Below the pieces are notes generated by a model that was given only the letters and a program-made list of their open reading frames with translations, was not told the origin of the DNA and did not search any database. DNA of 64,000 bases from an uncultured Gemmatimonadales bacterium (GTDB lineage Bacteria > Gemmatimonadota > Gemmatimonadetes > Gemmatimonadales > GWC2-71-9), in NCBI GenBank assembly GCA_963842945.1, contig CAWJIM010000019.1:192001-256000 (forward strand), read 5' to 3'. Every line of letters starts with the position of its first letter. The first letter of the stretch is position 1. This document shows, piece by piece, positions 32,080-42,336 of this stretch. Position numbers and translations under genes: made by a program.

Positions 32080-33760
32080 TTACTTGTGTGAATACACCAC
32101 CTTACCGCCAACCAGCGTCATCATAACCCGGGCCTTTTCCAGCGCTTCGGGTTTCACTTTGGTCAGATCCTGATCCAGGATGACAATATCGGCCAGGTAG
32201 CCCGGGGCCAGCTTGCCGCGCTTCTGCTCGGCAAATACGCTATAGGCGTCGCCCGCCGTGTACGCTCTCAGGGCTTCTTCGACCGTGATCTTCTGTTCCG
32301 GCACCCACCCCGCCGGATTCTTCCCATCCAGGGTCCGCCGGGTGACCGCGGCATAGATCCCCAGCAGCGGATCGAGCGGGGCCACGGTCCAGTCCGAGCC
32401 GAAGGCCAGCCGCGCACCGGCGTCAAGCAAGGAGCGGAATGCGTAGGTGGTCTTGATCCGCTCCGGTCCGATGCGCTTCTCGGCCCAGCGCCCATCGTCG
32501 ATGGCGTGGTAGGGCTGCATGGACGCGATCACGCCCAGCCGGGCGATGCGGCCGATGTCCTGCCGCCGAAGGTGTTGCGCGTGCTCGATCCGAAAGCGGC
32601 GGTCTCGGGGGCCATGGGCCCGACCAACGCTGTCGTAGATGTCGAGCACCAACCCGTTAGCGCGCTGGCCTATCGCGTGTACCGCCACCTGCAGGCCGGC
32701 TGAATCGGCGCTCCCGATCCAGGACCGGAGCGAGTCCTCGGGCGTTACCAGGAGGCCGCTGGTCTGCGGCGCATCATTATAAGGCTCATAAAACAGGGCG
32801 GTGGTGGAGCCGAGCGACCCGTCCACATACCCCTTCACCCCGGCCACCCGCAGCCAGTCGTCTCCGACGCCATTGGCCCGCACGGTGTCGGCCATCTTGT
32901 GCCAATCCTCCAGCGGTACGAACACCGCGACCCGGGTCTTGAGCGTCCCCCGGGCGCGAGCTCGTTTCAGGGCGGCGACCTCGAACCAGGGCACCGAGAC
33001 GTCAGCTACGGCGGTGACTCCCTTGGAAGCGGCCCAGCGCACCGCCCGCTCGATGGCCGCGTCGCTTTGCTGTGGGGACGGGGTCGGTTGGACGGCATAG
33101 ACCAGGTTCTGGGCCGCATCCTTCACCACTCCGGTCGGCTCCCCATCCGAACGCCGAACGATGGTCCCACCGGCGACGTCTTTCGTGGACCGATCGATGT
33201 GGGCCAGCTTCAGCGCCAGACTGTTGGCGAGCGACATATGGCCGTCCAGCCGGTCGACGAACACCGGATTGTTCGGCGTCACCGAATCGATCCAGCTCCG
33301 ATCCGGAAGCGGCGTGCCCGGCCAGCGCTCGTGATCCCAGCTTCCCCCCAGGATCCATTCGCCAGGCTTGGCCTTGGCCGCGTAGTTCTTGATACGCCGC
33401 GCGAATTCTTCGGGGGTGTCGGCGTCGCGCAGATCTACCTGGGTGAGCTGAAAACCCCCGTAGATGAAGTGAGTGTGTCCGTCCATGAATCCGGGAACGA
33501 CCATCGCCCGCATCGCGGATCACCCGGGTGCCCTCCCCACCAGCTTCGCGACTGCAGCGCTGTCGCCCACCGCCGCGATCTTCTCGCCCGACACCGCGAT
33601 GGCCTGAGCCCAGGGCTGGAGCGAGTCTCCGGTCCAGATCCGGCCGTAGATCACCAGCTCGGCCGGAGGTGCGGCGGCGGAGATTGGCCGGCTGAAGGCG
33701 TAGCCGGCGATGCCGGCCAGACCGGCGAGCAGCACTGACAGGGAAGACAGCCGATGACAT
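32080..33760 (-). CDS. YtcJ-like amidohydrolase, secreted; frameshift near 33515, start uncertain
   Basis: PGFMDGHTH, DGSLGSTTA, HAIG, RIEHAQ, FGSDW, GYLADIVIL; signal peptide in ORF 33520..33735. Confidence 0.9.
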
Positions 33761-33774
33761 GAGGAATGGGCCTT

Positions 33775-34017
33775 TCAGGGCAGCTTGGTGAGTCGGCGCA
33801 GGGCCTCGAGACGCTCCAGCGCACTTCCGCCGGAGGCCGCGGGAGCGACGGAGAACAGATCTCTGATGTCCAGCAGGATCTCCAGCATCAGCTGGTCGCG
33901 CATGTATGCGCTGTCCAGGTCGATCATCCGCCCTTGATCGGCCGCCTGCTTGGCACGGTCGTAGGATTCGCGGTAGATGCTCTCGAGGTTGGCCAGAATC
34001 CGTTCACGAGTTCGCAT
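33775..34017 (-). CDS. Small hypothetical protein
   Basis: 80-aa helical ORF with typical codon usage, 14 nt upstream of the amidohydrolase. Confidence 0.7.
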   Translation of the reverse strand: MRTRERILANLESIYRESYDRAKQAADQGRMIDLDSAYMRDQLMLEILLDIRDLFSVAPAASGGSALERLEALRRLTKLP

Positions 34018-34224
34018 GGAGCCTTAGAGCTGTAGGTGTACGGAAATTCGGCGTTCGGCGATGTAACACAAGTAGCCGCGATCAAATCCGACAAAAATGG
34101 CCGAGTGCAGTCCCCGGCAGGTTTTCTCTGCAAACGCTGGTTTGGGGCGAAAACTATTTCACCAGGAGCGGCGGATTGCAGCCGGCTAACTCGCCGCGCT
34201 GACTGGAGATGCTAGAAAAGGCCA

Positions 34225-34241
34225 GGCGGCACCCTTCGTGC
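34225..34241 (+). promoter_or_regulatory. Putative sigma54 promoter of pilin cassette 1
   Basis: GGCGGCACCCTTCGTGC (GG-N10-GC); identical to 38571-38587. Confidence 0.7.
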
Positions 34242-34331
34242 ATTCAGGCAGGCGAGCGAAACACCTGCCACCGCATTCGATGGACCCTTTTCTCGAGTCC
34301 GACACTGGTCGCCGCATATATGGGAGGCCCC

Positions 34332-34919
34332 ATGCTGCTTCATACTCCGCGGGCGCGCACGGCACCGGGTGGATTCACCCTGGTTGAGCTGCTGCTGGTG
34401 ATCGTGATCATGGGCATTCTCAGCGCGATCGCCTTGCCGAAAATCGACGTGGCCCAGTTCCAGGTGAACTCGGCGGTACAGGCGGTGAGCACCACCATGG
34501 TGGCGGCTCAGCGCGAGGCGATCACCAAACAGCACGACATCATTCTCACCTTCGATGCGGGCAACCGCCAGGTGCGGCTGGTGTGGGACGCCAACAGCGA
34601 CGGAGTGATCGGCGCCGATGAGCGGAGCCGGGTCTTCACCCTGGACGATCGCGTGGTATTCGGCCGCGGCCTGGCCCCGGCACGGGCCTTCGGCGATCAG
34701 CCGATCGACTTTGACGACGTGATCAACGGCCTGCCGGCCCTCACCTTCCATCGTAACGGCAGCGCGAGCGGCGTGGGTGGATTCTATCTCACCTCCCGGG
34801 GCGCTGCGGCAGGCGATGTCAGCCTGAAGAAGCACACCCGCGCGGTCGAGATCATTCGCGCTACCGGCCGGACCGAGTGGTGGCGCTACAACGGCTCCGA
34901 ATGGCTGCGAGGCTTCTGA
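34332..34919 (+). CDS. Type IV minor pilin, FimT/FimU/GspH-like
   Basis: GGAGG RBS; class III signal G|FTLVELLLV; AQREAI; LTFHRNGSA. Confidence 0.88.
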   Translation: MLLHTPRARTAPGGFTLVELLLVIVIMGILSAIALPKIDVAQFQVNSAVQAVSTTMVAAQREAITKQHDIILTFDAGNRQVRLVWDANSDGVIGADERSRVFTLDDRVVFGRGLAPARAFGDQPIDFDDVINGLPALTFHRNGSASGVGGFYLTSRGAAAGDVSLKKHTRAVEIIRATGRTEWWRYNGSEWLRGF

Positions 34920-35306
34920 TGAAAACGCGCGCCAAGTCTTCCGCTGGATTTACCCTGGTCGAGGTGCTGATCGCCCTGGCCATGCTGGGCGTGGTCCTGC
35001 TCGCCGCGGCGGCGAGCACCACCAAGTACCTGGGCGTGATCACCCGCAACCGGATGCGGATCCAGGCCGCCGCGCTGGCCGATGCCCAGATAGCCAAGGT
35101 ACGGGTGTCGCCCGGCGTACGACTCGCTCACGGTCCGGTTCGACAGCACCCGCAGCGGAGTTCCCTTTCCGGGCTACACCCGCTCGACCCGGGTCATCCG
35201 TACCGGGGCGGGAACCACCACCGATGTGACCAAGATCAGGGTCACCGTATCGGGCCCTCAGCTCAGCACCCCGGTGGTGCGCTACGCCACCATCGCTGCT
35301 CCGTGA
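34919..35306 (+). CDS. Type IV minor pilin, PilV/GspI-like; frameshift near 35110
   Basis: TGATG overlap; G|FTLVEVLIAL; C-terminal part ...KIRVTVSGP...YATIAAP* in another frame. Confidence 0.82.
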
Positions 35307-35319
35307 ACAGCGAACTTCC

Positions 35320-36489
35320 ATGAGGTCACGCTCCGGCTTTACCCTGATCGAGATGCTCATCGCCATGGTGGTGTTCATGGGCGTGCTGGGCGGAGCCTTG
35401 AGCTTTCTTCGGGCGCAATCGGGCGGGTTCCGGAAGGGCGACGAGGAAATGTCCACCCTGCTCAACCTGAGCTACGGCGCCGACCATCTGCACGCCCAGC
35501 TCCGGACCACCGGGGCCAGGACGCTGGACCGGCAGCCGCCGATCGTCTACGCCGGCGCCAACAGCTACTCATTCAACGCGGACTACGTCTCGAACGACGT
35601 GTCCGATATCTCGGCGGTGTATGTGGATCCCGATGCGCCGGCGGAGGAAACCGTCGGCCTCCGCCTGGCCGACCAGATCGCCATTCCGGGCTCGACGCCG
35701 GCGTTTACCTACCCCGCGCAGGACTATCTCGATGAGCTGGGCAACAACACGCTGGCCGAGACCATCACGCTGTTCTTTCGGCCGGACGTGGAAACGCCGC
35801 GGGCTGATGACTTCGTTCTCCTGCGCCAGGTGAACGGCCAGCCGCCGGAGCGGCTGGTGCGCAACGTTCTCCCGGATTCGACCAACCTCCCGTTCTTCCG
35901 CTATTACAAGCTGCGGATGCCCGGCGCCGGACTGGCGCCGGTCTCCACTCTGGTGACCCAGGCCGAGCTGCCGATGCGGCACAACATCCCCGGGCACGGG
36001 AGCACGGCCGATGCGGGGAGCCCCATCGACAGCCTTCGGGCCGTGCTGGTGAGCTACATCATCACCAACGGCCAGACCGGAGCCAAGGAGCGGTGGCAGC
36101 GGATCAGCACCACCATTCCTCTGCCCAACATGGGCCTGAGGGAGCTCAAGATCTGCGGCTCTGCCCCGGTGCTGGGCCAGCCGTTGAACGCGGCGTACGA
36201 CAACTCCACCGGAGTCCATCGGGTGCTGCTGAGCTGGAACCGGGCCTTCGACGAGAACCTGGGCGAGCGGGACGTGGTGCGCTACGTCCTCTGGCGCCGG
36301 GACGTGACCGATCCGGACTGGTCCGACCCGTTGACCTCGATTCCGGCCGCCGACCTGGCGACCTACTCCTACGCCGACCAGGACCTGGTGCCCGGCACCA
36401 GCTACGTGTACCGCCTCTCGGCGCAGGACTGCACGCCCCGGCTCTCGGCGTCGGCGCAGTCCATACCCATCGCGATACCCGGCCCTTGA
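35320..36489 (+). CDS. Type IV minor pilin, PilW/GspJ-like, with C-terminal FN3-like domain
   Basis: G|FTLIEMLIAM; VLLSW...YVLWRR...YADQDLVPGTSYVYRLSA. Confidence 0.85.
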   Translation: MRSRSGFTLIEMLIAMVVFMGVLGGALSFLRAQSGGFRKGDEEMSTLLNLSYGADHLHAQLRTTGARTLDRQPPIVYAGANSYSFNADYVSNDVSDISAVYVDPDAPAEETVGLRLADQIAIPGSTPAFTYPAQDYLDELGNNTLAETITLFFRPDVETPRADDFVLLRQVNGQPPERLVRNVLPDSTNLPFFRYYKLRMPGAGLAPVSTLVTQAELPMRHNIPGHGSTADAGSPIDSLRAVLVSYIITNGQTGAKERWQRISTTIPLPNMGLRELKICGSAPVLGQPLNAAYDNSTGVHRVLLSWNRAFDENLGERDVVRYVLWRRDVTDPDWSDPLTSIPAADLATYSYADQDLVPGTSYVYRLSAQDCTPRLSASAQSIPIAIPGP

Positions 36490-36536
36490 GGATCTAACCA
36501 CAATGACCCACGACTGGCGACTGAACGCGAGGCTAT

Positions 36537-38408
36537 ATGAGCCGCTCCAGGAAGGTCAGGAACGAACGAGGCATCGCCCTGATTACCGTGTTGCTGGTGG
36601 CCCTCGCGGTCAGCAGCATCGCGCTCGCGGCCGCCATGTGGACCCTCAACGCCGCGCTGATCACCAAGAGCGGAGACCGTACCGCGACGCTGAATGACAT
36701 CGCGCTGGCCGGCCTGGAAGAGGGCCGGAGCCAGCTGAACGCCAACCCGGCCGTGTACCCCAGCACCGGGTACGCCACGCTGGCCACGGCCGCGCCGGTG
36801 ACGGACGTGCTGGGCAACACGGTGCCCAACGTCCGCCGCTCCATTTACGTGGGGCCCGACGGAATCACCGGCGGGCAGTACGGGGTTTACGGAACGATCA
36901 TCAGCACGGTGCGCGACACCTTCGGCAACCAGGTGGTCCGCCGGCTCCAGATCAATCAGGAGAGCTTTGCCAAGTTCTCCTACTTCACCAACACCGAAGG
37001 CTCGATCGTCTTCGCCAACAACGACCAGATCCGGGGGCCGGTGCACTCCAACGACCAGATCAAGATCAATGCATCCGGCGCCACGTTCTTCGATCAGGTG
37101 ACCACCGCGGCTTCATCGATTCAGGGGGAGAACAGCGCGACTTTCATGGGACCGGCGCCAAAGAAAAACGTCGCGCCCATTGCGATGCCCACCACGGCGG
37201 CGTTTCCGGCGCTCCAGGGCCGAGCTGCGGCCGCGAGCATGTCCTTTGCCAGCAACCTCAACGGCAACAGTCCGGGCGAGTCCTCGCTCCGGATCGAGTT
37301 CGTGGCCCTCGACCTGAACGGCGATGGCGACTCGACCGACGTCAACGAGGGCTTCATCCGGATCTATCAGGACAATCTGCGGCCCTGGTACGTGACCGCG
37401 ACGCTGAGCGGCAATCCCGGGCCCGCTGGAGACATCCGCCGCTCACCCAACTGCGGAGCCGCCATTCCCGGCGGCGCGGGGGGCACCAACGGCCGATTCC
37501 GAACGGCGGCGGATACCAACTTTGCGGGTGCCCCGAGCCCTCCGACTGCGGCGGCGCGAGTTACCGCCGCCACCAACCTGCTCTCGAGCGGCAACCGGAA
37601 GTGTTATCTGGGCGGAGACCCGCGGCTCACCGCCGTCAATTGGCCCAACGTTTCCGCGGCTGACTGGGCCGCTGTGGTGGGCGACTGGCCCGGCACCGGT
37701 CGGGGCTGGATCCCTCGTCCGGTGGCCATCGGCGCGCCTACCGCCAATGCGCTCTTTACCGCGCGGCCGGACAACGCCTATCTCTGGCCGATCAACCGGG
37801 AGTACAACCCGGCCTGGCAAGGCGTCATCTACGTGCAGGGCAAGGTGGCGCTGAGCGGCGTGGTCAACGGCAGGGTGACGGTTGCTTCGCCCAACACGAT
37901 CGTCATTGCCGACGATTTCCGTTCCGCGGTTGACCCAGGCTCCGCCGCCGCGGCTGACTGCGCCGTCATCGCGGGATTCTTTGCCGGCGCCGACGTTCTG
38001 GTGGCGAACAACACGATCAACGCTCCCCAGCAGATTGGTGGGGTGAACCCTTATCGCACGTACGACGAGACCACTCAGGAAGACATACACGCCGTACTGC
38101 TGGCGTTGAATATCTTCGGCGCCGAGAGCTATGACACCGGGCCGGCGTCTGGTGAGGCCTGCGGCGCGGTCAACAACGGCCGTGGCTGCCTCAATCTGAA
38201 TGGGGGAGTAATCCAGAACACCCGCGGCGCGGTCGGTCTGGTGGGCGGCCAGGGGTACGTCAAGCGGTACAGCTACAATGCCTGCGCGGCCACCGATCCG
38301 CCGCCGTACTTCCCCACCACCGGCCGCTTCGTGCGCAACCGGATTTACGAGCTGGACCCCAAGGGGTTCACGGTGGCCGGCTGGTTTGCCGCGAACCAGA
38401 ACAATTAA
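36537..38408 (+). CDS. Large PilX/GspK-like pilin
   Basis: ERG|IALITVLL lacking Glu5; GPVHSND; GYVKRYSY...PPYFP C-terminus. Confidence 0.82.
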   Translation: MSRSRKVRNERGIALITVLLVALAVSSIALAAAMWTLNAALITKSGDRTATLNDIALAGLEEGRSQLNANPAVYPSTGYATLATAAPVTDVLGNTVPNVRRSIYVGPDGITGGQYGVYGTIISTVRDTFGNQVVRRLQINQESFAKFSYFTNTEGSIVFANNDQIRGPVHSNDQIKINASGATFFDQVTTAASSIQGENSATFMGPAPKKNVAPIAMPTTAAFPALQGRAAAASMSFASNLNGNSPGESSLRIEFVALDLNGDGDSTDVNEGFIRIYQDNLRPWYVTATLSGNPGPAGDIRRSPNCGAAIPGGAGGTNGRFRTAADTNFAGAPSPPTAAARVTAATNLLSSGNRKCYLGGDPRLTAVNWPNVSAADWAAVVGDWPGTGRGWIPRPVAIGAPTANALFTARPDNAYLWPINREYNPAWQGVIYVQGKVALSGVVNGRVTVASPNTIVIADDFRSAVDPGSAAAADCAVIAGFFAGADVLVANNTINAPQQIGGVNPYRTYDETTQEDIHAVLLALNIFGAESYDTGPASGEACGAVNNGRGCLNLNGGVIQNTRGAVGLVGGQGYVKRYSYNACAATDPPPYFPTTGRFVRNRIYELDPKGFTVAGWFAANQNN

Positions 38409-38570
38409 GCAAGGCCGGTAACGTCCGCGTAACGGACGCTCGGGCAACACTATAGCCGCGCAATTTTCGGCGGCTCTACGCCTTTCACTTTGCGGTAGTT
38501 GGGCTCTGCTCATGCCCAGGCACGAAACCGCCAAGTGTCGGCTTTCCAAATGGTTGCCCGGACACCCCCC

Positions 38571-38587
38571 GGCGGCACCCTTCGTGC
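38571..38587 (+). promoter_or_regulatory. Putative sigma54 promoter of pilin cassette 2
   Basis: GGCGGCACCCTTCGTGC, identical to 34225-34241. Confidence 0.7.
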
Positions 38588-38602
38588 TCGTAACGGAAGC
38601 CT

Positions 38603-39069
38603 ATGCCCAAGCCCTCCTCCCTGCCCGGAAACCGGTCCGGCTTCACCATGATCGAGCTGGCGCTGGCCCTTACGGTCATCGCGATCATGACGGCCATGAT
38701 GATCCCCCGTTTGGGGCGGGTCATGAACTCGACCCGCGTGAACCGGACGGCGACGATTGTGGCCAGCGACCTGGAGCAGGCTTTCACCCTGGCCGGTCGA
38801 TTCCGCAAGCCGATGCGGATCACCTGTGACTGCCCCAACTCCATCTATACCATAGCAGACCGGTCGGACGGCACGCTCCGCCTGACCCGCCGGCTGCAGG
38901 GATGCCGACCTGGGCAACATGACCCTGGTGAGGGAAGTCCCGGGTGGCGCTGTGGACGTCTTTCCGTCGGGAGTTTCCACCGCTCTGCTGCGATTCAGAA
39001 TTACCGCCGGCAACAGTACTCGCGCAGTGACCCTCTCGACGGCAGGGCATAGTGAGGATCATCCCATGA
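38603..39069 (+). CDS. Type IV minor pilin, FimT/FimU-like; frameshifts near 38900 and 39047
   Basis: G|FTMIELALAL; continues as ...VFPSGVS...RAVTLSTAG-IVRIIP* with ATGA overlap into the next gene. Confidence 0.78.
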
Positions 39070-39965
39070 GGAAGCGTCGCGGGTTTACCCTGGTCGAACT
39101 GCTGCTGTCGCTCATCGTTACCGCGGTCGTCGGCGCCGCCCTGGTCCGCATGGTCACAGGGCAAGCTCGCTTTATGGATCAGCAGGAGGCATGGCGCGGC
39201 GCCCGAGCCGTGGCCCGCGGCGGTGTCAACCGCCTACTCTCGGATCTCCGGATGGTGGAGGCCACCAACGGGATGGCCGCCGCCGTGGCCGGCGGTCAGG
39301 ACTTCACGTTGCGGGTGCCCTACGCGTTCGGAGTGATTTGCAGCTTACCCAATGCGAGCTCGGCAATCATTACCATGCTGCCGGTGGACTCTTCGATGTA
39401 CAGCGCCCCCGGTCACTCCGGCTTTGCCGTCCGTCGGGATGACGGCACGTACGACTATTACACGGCCCAGGCGCCCAACACTCTGCCGGCCAACGCCGGT
39501 CTGGGCACCTGTAACGCCCCGGCGGCACCCAATGCAGCCTATCCGATGCAGGTGAACCTCACGATCAACGGTTCGCCTCAGGGTCCAACAGTGCAGGTGA
39601 CCGCCAACGCGGCCTTGAATCCGGTGCCCAAGTACGGGCACATCGTCTTCCTCTATCGCCGGATCCGTTACCAGTTCAAGAACTCCGTCGCACTTCCCGG
39701 ACGGACCGGCCTCTTCCGTGCGCCGGTGGACGGTAACGCTGCCGATGAAGAGGAGATAGCCACCCCATTTGCGGCGACGGCCCGGGTGAATTTCTACGTG
39801 CTCAACAACCCGGCGGCCCAGGCCGCCGTGCCGGTCCCAATCGGCAACACCAGGGGGCTGGAGCTGGTGCTGGACGGAATGAGTGAGCGCACGCCCCAAG
39901 GGAGTGCCGCGCCCAAGACCGCGACCGTGCGGACCGCGGTCTTTTTCGAGAATCGGCCCGACTGA
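39066..39965 (+). CDS. Type IV minor pilin, PilW-like
   Basis: MRKRRG|FTLVELLLSL; LLSDLRM; terminal VFFEN. Confidence 0.85.
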   Translation: MRKRRGFTLVELLLSLIVTAVVGAALVRMVTGQARFMDQQEAWRGARAVARGGVNRLLSDLRMVEATNGMAAAVAGGQDFTLRVPYAFGVICSLPNASSAIITMLPVDSSMYSAPGHSGFAVRRDDGTYDYYTAQAPNTLPANAGLGTCNAPAAPNAAYPMQVNLTINGSPQGPTVQVTANAALNPVPKYGHIVFLYRRIRYQFKNSVALPGRTGLFRAPVDGNAADEEEIATPFAATARVNFYVLNNPAAQAAVPVPIGNTRGLELVLDGMSERTPQGSAAPKTATVRTAVFFENRPD

Positions 39966-39982
39966 TACCGGAGGACGGACAC

Positions 39983-40405
39983 ATGGTCGAGCTATATAAG
40001 CCGAGTCACGGACGGGATACGGACTGTGGCTTCACCCTGGTCGAGGTCCTGCTTTCCATGACCATCCTGGCGGTGGGCATTCTGACCCTGGGTGGTCTCC
40101 TGACCCGCTCCGCCCGGACAGCAGACGCGACGGGGCGGCTGGGCTACCAGAGCGGAATGATGTCCACGGAGGCAGCCCGATATGACGCGCTGCCCTTCGA
40201 CCAGCTCGCGGCCGGCACGACGTGCAGCACCACCACTACCGCACCGCTGCCTCACACTTTGTGCACCACGATCACTGTGCTCTCGGCCAAGGTGAAGCAG
40301 GTCAAGGTCAAGTTCACGCCAACCTCGAACTATCTCGTGCCGGCTGATTCCGTGATGTTCGAGCGCAGCGTCTCGGGTAACGGCAGTCCGTTGAATACTC
40401 CTTAA
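39983..40405 (+). CDS. Type IV minor pilin, PilV-like
   Basis: GGAGG RBS; G|FTLVEVLLSMTILAVG; ALPFDQL. Confidence 0.85.
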   Translation: MVELYKPSHGRDTDCGFTLVEVLLSMTILAVGILTLGGLLTRSARTADATGRLGYQSGMMSTEAARYDALPFDQLAAGTTCSTTTTAPLPHTLCTTITVLSAKVKQVKVKFTPTSNYLVPADSVMFERSVSGNGSPLNTP

Positions 40406-40434
40406 CGGGATTGACACCCAGCAGAGAGGCCCCC

Positions 40435-41563
40435 ATGCGGTCGATTTCGTTTCGGCTGAACCGGCGAGGAGCCGTGCTTCCCCTCACCATCATCGTCCTG
40501 GCTCTGATGGCGGTGGCGGTGGCGATCACCTACGGCCGGATCTCGGCCGAGCGGGCGATTACCAGCGACACCAAGGCGCAGCAGGGCGCCTTTGCGGTGG
40601 CCCAGTCCGGACTGAACCGCTTCCTGGCCAACCTCAACGGCAAGCCGGTTGCTCCGGTGACTTGGCCGGCAAATCCGATAATCCAGACGGTCAACTACAA
40701 CGACCTGCCCGATGGCACCGCCCGGGTGGACATGGCGCAGCTGCGGGATTCGACCACGTCGCTTCTGCCCGCCGTCTACGTCATCACCTCGCGCGGCCGG
40801 TATACCGCGGCCAAGCGCTGGAATTCCAGGGCGCCTTCGGCCGAGCGGACTGTCGCCACCTATGCCCTCTGGACGCCTGCCCCATTCGACCTGAATGGCG
40901 CATTTACCAGCCTCGGTTCGGTGGCTTACAACGGTAACTCGGCCATTGTAAGCGGAGTCGATCGTTGCGGGGTGAATGGGACAATTCCAGGTCTTTCGGT
41001 GCCCAATGGCGATGTCATCTGGGTTTAACCACCCTGAGATCATCGATGGAGTCCCCGACGACGCGGCCTCGAATCTGGGCACCCCCGGACCTGCCGGTTC
41101 GGCCGCGGCCAATGTGCAGATCGACTGGGCCGCGGTCCTGGCGGGCACGGCTTTCCCCGCCGACCGGGTTTACCCGGCACAGACGTGGCTGCCCATGACT
41201 GGAACGCCGTCGATGGCCAATTGGCCGGTGACCCGGGTCAATGGGGACCTCACCCTGCCCGGAAGCGGCAACGGCATTCTGATCGTCACCGGCAACCTGA
41301 CCTGGAACGGAACTCCGCTGAAGACCTGGCAGGGAGTGATTCTGGTGGGCGGGTCGATCACCATGAATGGTAACGGCAACATCTATGGGGCCATGATCAC
41401 GAACCTGAACGTCAAGATCGGGAACGTACCGACAGTCAACGACCTCGGTAACGGTACCAAGATCCTGCAGTACGACTCCTGCTCGATCAGCCGGGCCATG
41501 GGTCACATCGGCTCCGTTCAGCGGGTGCGGAACGGTTGGACCGACACCTGGTCCAGCTATTGA
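40435..41563 (+). CDS. PilX-like pilin; frameshift near 41025
   Basis: NRRG|AVLPLTII lacking Glu5; AFAVAQSGL, YVITSRG; GNGILIVTGNL...WQGVILVGG...IYGAM beta-rich C-terminus. Confidence 0.8.
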
Positions 41564-41585
41564 GCTGATCGCAGTCCATCACGAG

Positions 41586-41623
41586 CAAATCGGCGGTCAC
41601 CTGGGTGGCCGCCGATTTGTTTT
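41586..41623 (+). terminator. Intrinsic terminator closing the pilin cluster
   Basis: CAAATCGGCGGTCACC...GGTGGCCGCCGATTTG followed by TTTT. Confidence 0.8.
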
Positions 41624-41676
41624 CACGACCTCCCTGGCTTTTACTTCTTTCTCCTGACCTTCACGGCAGAGTACTC

Positions 41677-42291
41677 ATGAGTCTCGACGGCAAGATCGTT
41701 CTGTTCTTTGCGGGTCCGCTCTATGAGGACCTGGAGCTGTGGTACCCCAAGATCCGGCTGGAGGAGGAAGGCGCCCGCACGGTCGTGGCCGGCACCGGAG
41801 AGAAGACCTATCAGGGAAAGCGGGGATACCCGCTCACCGTCGATACCAGCGTGGACGAGATCCGCGCCGCCGACTTCGACGGCCTGGTGATACCCGGCGG
41901 CTACGCCCCCGACATCATGCGGCGGTCGCAGAAGCTGCTCCAGCTCACCCGGGAGATCTACCAGGCCGGAAAGCCGGTGGCCTTCATCTGCCACGCCGGA
42001 TGGGTGCCCATCTCGGCCGGAATCGTGAAAGGCAAACGGGGCACCAGCGTCGGCGCCATCAAGGACGACCTGGTCAACGCAGGTCTGCTCTGGGAGGACA
42101 GCCCGGTGGTGGTGGACGGAAACCTGATCTCGTCCCGAACGCCGGCGGATTTGCCGCAGTTCTGCAAGGCGTTGATTGCGGCGTTAGAAAAGCAGTCGGG
42201 AGCTGGGAGTCGGGAGCTGGGAGCCAAAGCAGGCAAAAAGCCTGAGCCCGCCTCGGCGAAGACCACTGTTTCATCAGTTCACCGAAGGTAG
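41677..42291 (+). CDS. DJ-1/PfpI family protein
   Basis: YEDLEL, DGLVIPGG, AFICHAG, VVVDGNLISSRTPADL. Confidence 0.93.
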   Translation: MSLDGKIVLFFAGPLYEDLELWYPKIRLEEEGARTVVAGTGEKTYQGKRGYPLTVDTSVDEIRAADFDGLVIPGGYAPDIMRRSQKLLQLTREIYQAGKPVAFICHAGWVPISAGIVKGKRGTSVGAIKDDLVNAGLLWEDSPVVVDGNLISSRTPADLPQFCKALIAALEKQSGAGSRELGAKAGKKPEPASAKTTVSSVHRR

Positions 42292-42336
42292 ATCGTTGCG
42301 GACTTCTCCTAGCTCCGAGCTACCAGCTCCCAGCTC
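42194..42336. repeat. Palindromic element of 7-nt GGGAGCT-type units across the pfpI/mazG junction
   Basis: AGTCGGGAGCTGGGAGTCGGGAGCTGGGAGC ... CTCCTAGCTCCGAGCTACCAGCTCCCAGCTC. Confidence 0.7.

Noticed and set aside
34919..41563. Phase variation or diversity-generating retroelement acting on the pilins
   Set aside because: No long SSR tracts at the shift sites, no reverse transcriptase or invertase, and no TR/VR pair seen.
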